This document shows, one piece after another, positions 8,079 through 14,135 of a DNA stretch of 24,365 nucleotides. Each line of letters opens with the position of its first letter. The stretch's first letter is position 1. The DNA is from a virus (Duplodnaviria; Caudoviricetes), in the IMG/VR virus record IMGVR_UViG_3300016476_000792, positions 1 through 24,365 of that record. One strand, given 5' to 3'. The position numbers and the translations under genes are program-made. The notes below the pieces were generated by a model that was given only the letters and a program-made list of their open reading frames with translations, was not told the origin of the DNA and did not search any database.

Positions 8079-8641
8079 ATGGACAGTGTATTTGGACGTT
8101 TTATTGTTGACATCCAGCGTGATGCGTACAACAGGGAGATAGAGTTAAATGGTGGGGGTAAGCTGTACGTTGACCCGACGTATAGGCCCACGCACTATGC
8201 GAAGCAGGAGGGCGTTGTGTATGCGTCTCCAAGGACTTCGAATATCAATAAAGGTGACACGTTGTTCTTCCACTATACGGTTATTGAGATGGAGGGGGCG
8301 TTGGCTTTTATTGATGGTGAGGAGAAGTGTTTGGTTCCAGAGGGAAGTGTGTTTTTCGTGAAGAGGCGAAATTCTTTGATTTGGGAGAGTTTTAATGATA
8401 CAGTGGCAGTGGTACCCACACGCTACCTGAAAAGCTCTCAGGAGGGCTGAAATTGCGTCCTGAGGGGATTAAGAGTGAAAAGCAGGGTACGGTGCTCGTA
8501 CACCCCAATAGAGAGATGGTTGGTCAGAAGGTGTCCTTTCACCCACGATGTGCCTTTGAGAACAGGCTAGGACAGCGCAACGTGTACGTGATGCACGAAG
8601 ACGACCTAGACGGCACACTCGTTGAGTGGCTCGAGGAATAA
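8079..8641 (+). CDS. Tandem GroES-like protein, interrupted by a -1 frameshift between 8399 and 8450
   Basis: Domain 1: RFIVDI...GGGKLYV...EGVVYA...INKGDTLFFH. Domain 2 starts DTVAVVP in frame 0 and continues TLPEKLSGGLKL...QGTVL...VGQKVSF...YVMHEDDL in the -1 frame. Confidence 0.65.
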
Positions 8642-8665
8642 TCATATCGTTGAGGGCAACGAAAT

Positions 8666-8740
8666 GACCCAGTAGCTCAATCGGACTAGAGCAACAGCCT
8701 TCTAAGCTGTGGGTTGCACGTTCGAATCGTGCCTGGGTCA
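8666..8740 (+). tRNA. trnR: tRNA-Arg (anticodon TCT)
   Basis: Acceptor GACCCAG/CTGGGTC, D arm GCTC/GAGC, anticodon arm ACAGC-CT TCT AA-GCTGT, T arm GCACG-TTCGAAT-CGTGC; CCA not encoded. Confidence 0.95.
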
Positions 8741-8762
8741 CAATTTTTTTTATCTTCATCCC

Positions 8763-8921
8763 ATGAAACTACATCTGCACAAGTCATGGGGTACGCTGAT
8801 TGTGACACCCTGTGTGTCCATAGGCTACGATAAAGCACTCGAAGGAGGTTACTGGATTAGCGTGTCATGGCTCCGTTGGGTCGTGATTGCTATCTGGTGC
8901 ACCGAAGAGTGGAACGACTAG
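8763..8921 (+). CDS. Small hydrophobic Trp-rich hypothetical protein (52 aa)
   Basis: ATG at 8763 after the tRNA; the track start at 8709 lies inside the tRNA. Confidence 0.5.
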   Translation: MKLHLHKSWGTLIVTPCVSIGYDKALEGGYWISVSWLRWVVIAIWCTEEWND

Positions 8922-9067
8922 TGTCCGGAAAATCCGGACGTACCCGTCTAGCATGTACGGAAAATCCGTACACCCAGATACCCGTGTCCGGAAAATCCGT
9001 ATACGTGTTGGAACACATGTCCGGATAATCCGGATATTTTGTGGGTGGTGTCCGGAAAATCCGTACA
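8921..9067. repeat. Five 20-bp palindromic direct repeats (iteron/operator-like)
   Basis: RTGTMCGGAWAATCCGKAYR at 8921, 8953, 8984, 9017 and 9048; periods 32, 31, 33, 31. Confidence 0.9.
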
Positions 9068-9141
9068 AAATGAAAAAAAGTCCACATATATGTGTATAGT
9101 ATATAACTATACTAGTTAACTAACTAACTAGTTAATATAAT
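9068..9141. other. AT-rich tract next to the repeats (putative DNA unwinding element)
   Basis: TATAGTATATAACTATACTAGTTAACTAACTAACTAGTTAATATAATA, with inverted repeats TATAGT/ACTATA and ACTAGTTA/TAACTAGT and TAAC tandem units. Confidence 0.6.
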
Positions 9142-9151
9142 AGGGAAGCTG

Positions 9152-9159
9152 TAAATTTG
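9152..9159 (+). promoter_or_regulatory. -7 promoter element
   Basis: TAAATTTG 4 nt before ATG 9164; no clear -33 element. Confidence 0.5.
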
Positions 9160-9163
9160 AAAC

Positions 9164-9475
9164 ATGTACGGAACCATTCACGATTACGAGACACTGCGCA
9201 AGTACATCTTCGATACGCTCGGGGATGACAACGAATTCATCGAAAGCATTGTCGCTATCCGTGACATGGAAGAGGCATTCCTTGGAATAGCCGTAAAGCC
9301 AGACCTTAAACCTTGCCTTGTGTACGACTACTGGTCAATGGTCGACATCGCCATGAAACGTAAAGACCTCGAGATAGACCAAGCCATCGACTTCATCAAC
9401 GAAGAGTTCGTAGACGATGACTTCGGAGAACAGGGACCAATCATAATGGAGCTATGCCGTCAAGTATTGCGATAA
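9164..9475 (+). CDS. Acidic hypothetical phage protein
   Basis: EEAFLGI...LVYDY...AIDFI...GEQGPII resembles a widespread uncharacterised phage family. Confidence 0.75.
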   Translation: MYGTIHDYETLRKYIFDTLGDDNEFIESIVAIRDMEEAFLGIAVKPDLKPCLVYDYWSMVDIAMKRKDLEIDQAIDFINEEFVDDDFGEQGPIIMELCRQVLR

Positions 9476-9906
9476 TCAACCAAGCAGGCAATGCTGCGTT
9501 GGAATTTTTCCAAATGAATAAGGCTATCAATTTGATGAGTAGAGAGCACGCCCTCTCAATAACGGTAATCAAAGCACTGCTGTATGCCGCACACCTAGAG
9601 GATAAGGACGGGCTCATGAACTTCACCAATGGAATCAATGACGACTTGCACAAAACTAGTAGCGCAGACATACAAGAGCTCATCAAGCACGAGCTCATTA
9701 ACAAACACTCCTACGGAGTCTATCGTGTGTCTAACAGAGGAAGGATATTCCTTAAGCAGCTACTCGACCTCGCAAGTAACCAACGCCATACGAGAACACG
9801 ATGGCAATCAGAAAAAGGCCCCAGACTGAAAGCTTTGAACGCCATGAAGCGGGCTCAGGAGAAACAACCGAAGGAGGACACGGGACCTTCACTTCCCTGG
9901 CTATAA
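9454..9906 (+). CDS. Putative winged-helix DNA-binding protein
   Basis: DIQELIKHELINKHSYGVYRVSNRGRIFL fits a wHTH recognition helix/wing ending; the 3' end overlaps the convergent lipoprotein gene. Confidence 0.55.
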   Translation: MPSSIAIINQAGNAALEFFQMNKAINLMSREHALSITVIKALLYAAHLEDKDGLMNFTNGINDDLHKTSSADIQELIKHELINKHSYGVYRVSNRGRIFLKQLLDLASNQRHTRTRWQSEKGPRLKALNAMKRAQEKQPKEDTGPSLPWL

Positions 9907-10192
9907 CCTGCTCTTTAATCTTGGTCTTAAATACAATGCGCTCCGTTCCCACGGAGTCCTTAACGAGAGACAATTCAATGCGTAGAGAATCATTCTCCCA
10001 CGCCGTCCACTGGTCAAGCGTAGGTACTTCTATCGTATCAACAATTGTCTTCGCCGGAAGCACCAAGGTGTCGGTATGGACAACAGTCCTGGTCTGAAGT
10101 AAAGATGGGTCCTTCTTGACCGCTTGCTTTAGGTGCCAACTTGCTGAGCACCCACCAAGAAATGGGATTGTAACCAATAATAGCCATTTCAT
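9752..10192 (-). CDS. Lipoprotein with C-terminal TM helix; u-spanin-like
   Basis: Signal MKWLLLVTIPFLGG|C, beta-rich middle, C-terminal TMD LSVWGLFLIAIVFSYGVGYL; same strand block as the endolysin. Confidence 0.75.
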   Translation of the reverse strand: MKWLLLVTIPFLGGCSASWHLKQAVKKDPSLLQTRTVVHTDTLVLPAKTIVDTIEVPTLDQWTAWENDSLRIELSLVKDSVGTERIVFKTKIKEQVIAREVKVPCPPSVVSPEPASWRSKLSVWGLFLIAIVFSYGVGYLRGRVAA

Positions 10193-10326
10193 TTGCCTTG
10201 ACCTTTATAGACTTTTTTGTAAAGCTTGCTGCCCTTGTTGGCAGACTGCTTCGTCTTTGCATGAACCCCAGGACGAGATACCTGCTTTTTAACGAGCTTT
10301 GTTTGTGCTACTGCTGCTTTTGCCAT
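10189..10326 (-). CDS. Small basic protein (45 aa, not in ORF track)
   Basis: MAKAAVAQTKLVKKQVSRPGVHAKTKQSANKGSKLYKKVYKGQGK*; ATGA-coupled to the spanin-like gene. Confidence 0.75.
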   Translation of the reverse strand: MAKAAVAQTKLVKKQVSRPGVHAKTKQSANKGSKLYKKVYKGQGK

Positions 10327-10433
10327 AACCGATTGATGATTTCAAAATTTAATTTTCCAGTGGCCACCCGGTCAGAGCTCACACGCTTTTTACCGATTTC
10401 TAGACCGCTACGCTTTTTCGCTGACTTTGCCAT
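10308..10433 (-). CDS. Small basic hypothetical protein (41 aa, not in ORF track)
   Basis: MAKSAKKRSGLEIGKKRVSSDRVATGKLNFEIINRLWQKQQ*; fills the operon gap. Confidence 0.45.
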   Translation of the reverse strand: MAKSAKKRSGLEIGKKRVSSDRVATGKLNFEIINRLWQKQQ

Positions 10434-10617
10434 CCCAGTTGATGTAGTGAAGGATTACTTTAATATCAGAAGACCGAAGGATAGACCCCTCGGGTATGGC
10501 AACTCCATTGAAGTAGTCATTTGAGTACTCACGCTTGAATGCGCTCCACTCCCTCTTGTAAGGGCTGAAGTGAAACAACCAGTCGTTAAACGCCTCGTTA
10601 GCTGCCGCAGTTTTCAC
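10408..10617 (-). CDS. Hypothetical phage protein (69 aa)
   Basis: GTG start at 10617; aromatic motif DWLFHFSPYKREWSAFKRE...YFNG. Confidence 0.6.
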   Translation of the reverse strand: MKTAAANEAFNDWLFHFSPYKREWSAFKREYSNDYFNGVAIPEGSILRSSDIKVILHYINWDGKVSEKA

Positions 10618-10702
10618 ACTGTTCGGGGTTTTCAATGTTGCACGTGGGCTGCTTAGATTCCTCAAGCTCGTTTACCCAATCTTCAAATTCTTGTCCGGTC
10701 AT
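10598..10702 (-). CDS. 34-aa acidic peptide ending C-x7-CxxCGS (RNR alpha C-tail-like; not in ORF track)
   Basis: MTGQEFEDWVNELEESKQPTCNIENPEQCENCGS*; ATGA-coupled to the upstream gene. Confidence 0.7.
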   Translation of the reverse strand: MTGQEFEDWVNELEESKQPTCNIENPEQCENCGS

Positions 10703-10923
10703 TTTTTTGCTCTGTTTTTTTCTTTCTTAATGAACTTACGCTCCGAGTGGTCGTAGTCTAACCCGTCACCATTCCCATATGTTCCAGCATCTCTGTTCTT
10801 CTTATTTAGAAACGCACGGTACTTCTTCCGCTCCTCTGTAGAATGGTACTCTGTGTCGTACTTCTTCTTCAGCTCCTTCGAGCGGGGGTTGGCATCGTAG
10901 AACTTTTTGCTCTTGCTGGGCAT
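10699..10923 (-). CDS. Small basic protein, minimal HNH-like
   Basis: GNGDGLDYDH...KNR resembles short phage GDGxDxxH...NR proteins; TAATG coupling. Confidence 0.65.
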   Translation of the reverse strand: MPSKSKKFYDANPRSKELKKKYDTEYHSTEERKKYRAFLNKKNRDAGTYGNGDGLDYDHSERKFIKKEKNRAKK

Positions 10924-11087
10924 TAGTCTTCAGATTCTTCGTCGTACTTGGCGCAAATCTCAAAGTACAGAGGGGTGCAACCACATACTTTCAAAGCCGC
11001 TTGCATTTGCTTTACCGCCTCCATCAAGTCAGGAGATTTAATCTCAATCTCCTTATTGGACCTTGGGGTCAACATTTTTAGTTTCAT
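10923..11087 (-). CDS. Small hypothetical protein (54 aa, not in ORF track)
   Basis: MKLKMLTPRSNKEIEIKSPDLMEAVKQMQAALKVCGCTPLYFEICAKYDEESED*; TAATG overlaps at both ends. Confidence 0.7.
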   Translation of the reverse strand: MKLKMLTPRSNKEIEIKSPDLMEAVKQMQAALKVCGCTPLYFEICAKYDEESED

Positions 11088-11461
11088 TACTTCTTCTTTA
11101 GTTGTTTTTGTACTTTACCAGCAATCCTTTTTGATTCATTTTTAAGAATCTTTCCGGGAATGTCATAAAGAATCTCATCGGCATAGATATTTGGATTCTT
11201 TTGAATGCGTGCCCTTGTTGCTTCAACTTGAGAAGGGTTACCTTTATCAAGCGCATTTGCTTTGGCCATTTGGTCATCGTAAAATGTCTTGTATCTGGCA
11301 TACGTGTCTGAAAGGCTTTCGTTGTTGTATGCAGCTTGACTGCGCATATCCTGTAATACACGAGCTTCCGCCTTTCCTGAAGGTAAACTTTTATTTACCT
11401 CTCCGGTCGCAGGCTTTTTGGCTACACGCTTAAGCTCTTTAGGTTTGATTTCCTTTTTCAC
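11087..11461 (-). CDS. Basic hypothetical protein
   Basis: 124 aa; GTG start overlaps the upstream stop (GTGA). Confidence 0.65.
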   Translation of the reverse strand: MKKEIKPKELKRVAKKPATGEVNKSLPSGKAEARVLQDMRSQAAYNNESLSDTYARYKTFYDDQMAKANALDKGNPSQVEATRARIQKNPNIYADEILYDIPGKILKNESKRIAGKVQKQLKKK

Positions 11462-11976
11462 AATGTGGAGTTTGATTTCTTTTTTTTGTAGAAAGCCTCT
11501 TGATTTTTTCTTTCCCTTGACGCTGCTTGAAGGCCAAGTCTTGATTTAACGGCCTCGGCTCTGTTTAAATCATATTCACTAGCGTCTTTTCTAGAGGCAA
11601 GCGCCAATGCGGCAATGTCCGCCTTCTTTTGCTTCTTGAGCTCAGACCTCAAAGTGCCTTTCCCGGACTCTTGAAATGAACGTCCTCCACGAACTTGGGT
11701 TTTCGTTCCACTGATTACAGATGAGTTGTTTCCGTCCCCAGACATAATAGCATTACTACTGCAACCATCTTTCCCACAGTATGCTGCCGTCTTGCTTGTC
11801 ATTCGCTCACTATTCCCACGCATTTTTGCTCCTCCGGCAAGCTCATCTCTTTTATTTTGTCTTTCCTCACGGAATTTGTCGTAGGAAGCATCACCAGACG
11901 GAACCGGCTTTGTAAGGGTTTTGTACTCGGCTTTTGCTTGCCGGCGCTCGACTCTTTTAATTTTAGGCTGTGGCAT
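11458..11976 (-). CDS. Basic low-complexity hypothetical protein
   Basis: 172 aa, K/R-rich, behind a -7 element. Confidence 0.7.
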   Translation of the reverse strand: MPQPKIKRVERRQAKAEYKTLTKPVPSGDASYDKFREERQNKRDELAGGAKMRGNSERMTSKTAAYCGKDGCSSNAIMSGDGNNSSVISGTKTQVRGGRSFQESGKGTLRSELKKQKKADIAALALASRKDASEYDLNRAEAVKSRLGLQAASRERKNQEAFYKKKKSNSTL

Positions 11977-11992
11977 TTTTTTAGACTTTAGA

Positions 11993-12000
11993 CAAAGTTA
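11993..12000 (-). promoter_or_regulatory. -7 promoter element overlapping the endolysin stop codon
   Basis: Minus strand TAACTTTG, 16 nt before ATG 11976. Confidence 0.5.
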
Positions 12001-12441
12001 AAACTTTTCGTAGACAGTGCGTCCGTTAGACTTAAAGGCACGCAAAACTTGCCCACGGTTTTTGCGACCACGAACATAGCTGACATGAACCCAATCCGGT
12101 TCGTTTTTGTTTCCGAATTCCCAGATAAGTTGGTCAAAATCAGCGTTTTCCAAAAGCCAGTGGAAGATTTCTGAATTGTTTCCATCGTTGTCGATGTCTA
12201 CGGCTTCTCCCTTGCAGTGCTGCGAACTAGAGCTTCCGCCAATTTTTTTGTTGAGTTCTTCGGAGCGGAACCCGCTGCTGATTGAAATGGGGAATCCCAT
12301 GTCTGAGCGAAGCGGCTCAAGGATGTCCTCACAGATTGCTTGAAGGGCCTGTTTCTGCGCCTCGTTGGGTGTGTTCTTAATTCCCTTGCGCTTTGCCAGG
12401 TCACTACGGGTAAGTTCTGCTAATGTAAAGTGGGTAGTCAT
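11998..12441 (-). CDS. Peptidase M15A endolysin
   Basis: HFTLAEL, ISSGFRS, SQHCKGEAVD (Zn ligands H and D) and WVHVSY. Confidence 0.9.
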   Translation of the reverse strand: MTTHFTLAELTRSDLAKRKGIKNTPNEAQKQALQAICEDILEPLRSDMGFPISISSGFRSEELNKKIGGSSSSQHCKGEAVDIDNDGNNSEIFHWLLENADFDQLIWEFGNKNEPDWVHVSYVRGRKNRGQVLRAFKSNGRTVYEKF

Positions 12442-12671
12442 TTTCGGTACTTAGTTACTTTTTTTGCAATTGATTTTGGTTGTGCTACAAACTGCTTGCC
12501 TTCTGCATTTCCTTTTGCTTTGGCAGCATTTGTGGCAGCTTTTTCAGACGGGGTAAGCGCTTTCCATGCCGCCTTTGGCAGGTATCGCTTTTTACCCTTA
12601 CTCGGACTTCCGTCAGAGGTAGTCCACTCCTGCTCGGTCCATTTCTTTAGACTTTTTTGTGACGGCTTCAT
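12438..12671 (-). CDS. DUF5872-like protein, C-terminal half
   Basis: SQKSLKKWTEQEWTT...RYLPKAAWKALT motif. Confidence 0.7.
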   Translation of the reverse strand: MKPSQKSLKKWTEQEWTTSDGSPSKGKKRYLPKAAWKALTPSEKAATNAAKAKGNAEGKQFVAQPKSIAKKVTKYRK

Positions 12672-12844
12672 TTGTATCCTCCGCCTTTTGCTTTATACAT
12701 CTTGGCCAGCATTTGTGCTTTTCTGGCTGACCATTCGCCTGCGTCACCGCCCTTAGAGCCAGCCTTGATGCTTTCAAACAGTTGCTTTCTCATGCCGGGC
12801 TTAGTGTAGTTGCCAGCCTCGTTTACTCTACTTTTCTTTTCCAT
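12668..12844 (-). CDS. DUF5872-like protein, N-terminal half (58 aa, not in ORF track)
   Basis: MEKKSRVNEAGNYTKPGMRKQLFESIKAGSKGGDAGEWSARKAQMLAKMYKAKGGGYK*. Confidence 0.75.
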   Translation of the reverse strand: MEKKSRVNEAGNYTKPGMRKQLFESIKAGSKGGDAGEWSARKAQMLAKMYKAKGGGYK

Positions 12845-13194
12845 TTCTCTAGGTAATTGATTGTTCGTTGAAGTATCTCTATGCTCTCCTTGGAAAACCC
12901 TATCACAGCATTACAGTTGTTGCACAAAACGCCTCTAACAACCCCCGTATCGTGGCAATGGTCCACAACCGACTTGGGTCCGATATCTTCATGGCACAAT
13001 ACACAATGGTAATCTTGTTCTTTGATTATGTTTTCGTAGTCCTGTTTGGTGATTCCGTACCGTCTCTTAATGTTTGACCACTTCCTGTATTCTCTAGAGC
13101 ACGGAGAGCAATACCACATTGGCACACCACGCCTTATTGATTGAAGCTGTATTTCTTTTTCGTCCAGTGGTTTTTCACAGGATGGGCAATACAT
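12823..13194 (-). CDS. Endonuclease VII-family nuclease (probable homing endonuclease)
   Basis: YGIT...Q..CVLC...VDHCHDTGVVRGVLCNNCN; additional N-terminal CxxC/CxxC zinc finger. Confidence 0.9.
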   Translation of the reverse strand: MYCPSCEKPLDEKEIQLQSIRRGVPMWYCSPCSREYRKWSNIKRRYGITKQDYENIIKEQDYHCVLCHEDIGPKSVVDHCHDTGVVRGVLCNNCNAVIGFSKESIEILQRTINYLEKWKRKVE

Positions 13195-13196
13195 AA

Positions 13197-13490
13197 CTAC
13201 CAGTTGTAGTTACAAGCCCACCAGCGTGCTGTTAGCTTGTTGGTCTCGGATGAGCAATTGTGCCTAGACTTGAAGTTCGCACGACGCTTGGGGTCTTTGT
13301 GCTGAAGGAAGTCTTGATAACCACGGGCACCAAAACCAATCTTCTTCACGTCTCCAGATGCGTTCTTTGCCAGAACAACATACTTCTTTGGGCTTCCTTG
13401 CGGTGCCCTTTTGGGCTTGTTAAACCCTTCAAAGGAGTCACCATGATACTGGATTTTTCCTCCTTTTCTCTTGAGCTCCTTGGCTTTCAT
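13197..13490 (-). CDS. Basic phage protein (DUF5754-like)
   Basis: KKYVVL...IGFGARGYQDFLQHKDPKRRANFKSRHNC...TARWWAC..NW motif. Confidence 0.7.
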   Translation of the reverse strand: MKAKELKRKGGKIQYHGDSFEGFNKPKRAPQGSPKKYVVLAKNASGDVKKIGFGARGYQDFLQHKDPKRRANFKSRHNCSSETNKLTARWWACNYNW

Positions 13491-13541
13491 ACTACAAATT
13501 TAGACATTTTCGCCATACATTTGTTAGACAAATTTTAATTT
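13491..13541. promoter_or_regulatory. Compact divergent promoter region
   Basis: Minus TAAATTTG (13502-13495) and plus TACATTTG (13516-13523) within a 51-bp gap; TTAGACA at 13500 and 13524. Confidence 0.65.
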
Positions 13542-14135
13542 ATGTTCCACGATTCTGAGTTTAGTTCAATGTCTTTTAAGGTGCACGGTGTCAAAGACAT
13601 CGCTGACGTGCCCAACATTCGAAGCCTTCGTGGGTTCGATGCAATCATCAAGAACTATAAGGATAAGGCGACACCAATCATTAAGTACATATGCTATATG
13701 TACGACCAGTCGTCACCAATGAAGAAACACTATCCAGAGCTTGAGCAGCGCAAGCGTGAATGCTCATTGCTTTCTGGATTAGCTAAAATGCCCCCGCTAG
13801 AAGAAGCCATGATTGACATGTCTAGCGAGCTATTTATTATATCGATTGACGGCTTCTTGAAACACCAGAATAACCGTGTGTGGTCAATGATTGTATCTAA
13901 CGAGGAGGTCTTTTACGAGTATCAGTCCAAGCTTTTGGTCAAGACCGAAGAAGAGCGAGACAAAGACCTGCTCCAGGCCCTGCAGATTAAGTCTAAAATC
14001 ATGAACGATATGGACGAAATCAACAAACGTCTTGAGGCGTACTACGACAAGCTATACCAGGGAGACCAGGAGCTTGCCGCCAAAGTGATAATCAAGAACA
14101 TCACCCCAGAAGATATTGCTGACCTAAATGTATAA
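13542..14135 (+). CDS. Terminase small subunit candidate
   Basis: 197-aa helical protein overlapping the TerL start; call is positional. Confidence 0.55.
   Translation: MFHDSEFSSMSFKVHGVKDIADVPNIRSLRGFDAIIKNYKDKATPIIKYICYMYDQSSPMKKHYPELEQRKRECSLLSGLAKMPPLEEAMIDMSSELFIISIDGFLKHQNNRVWSMIVSNEEVFYEYQSKLLVKTEEERDKDLLQALQIKSKIMNDMDEINKRLEAYYDKLYQGDQELAAKVIIKNITPEDIADLNV

Noticed and set aside
8448-8452. TGA read-through or alternative genetic code
   Set aside because: The continuation is in a different frame, and long genes are intact under the standard code with all three stops in use.
8666-8740. tRNA as prophage attachment site
   Set aside because: No integrase, no duplicated tRNA 3' end and no host genes; phage genes lie on both sides.
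8921-9067. CRISPR or mini-CRISPR array
   Set aside because: Spacers are only 11-13 nt, repeats are 20 nt and variable, and no cas genes are present; helical phasing and the AT tract fit DNA-binding sites better.
8865-9099. Three overlapping 65-70-aa ORFs across the repeats
   Set aside because: They arise from the stop-poor repeat; repeat periods are mostly not multiples of 3.
10198-10524. Plus-strand 108-aa ORF as a holin
   Set aside because: Antisense to a coupled minus-strand operon, TTG start, no convincing TM topology.
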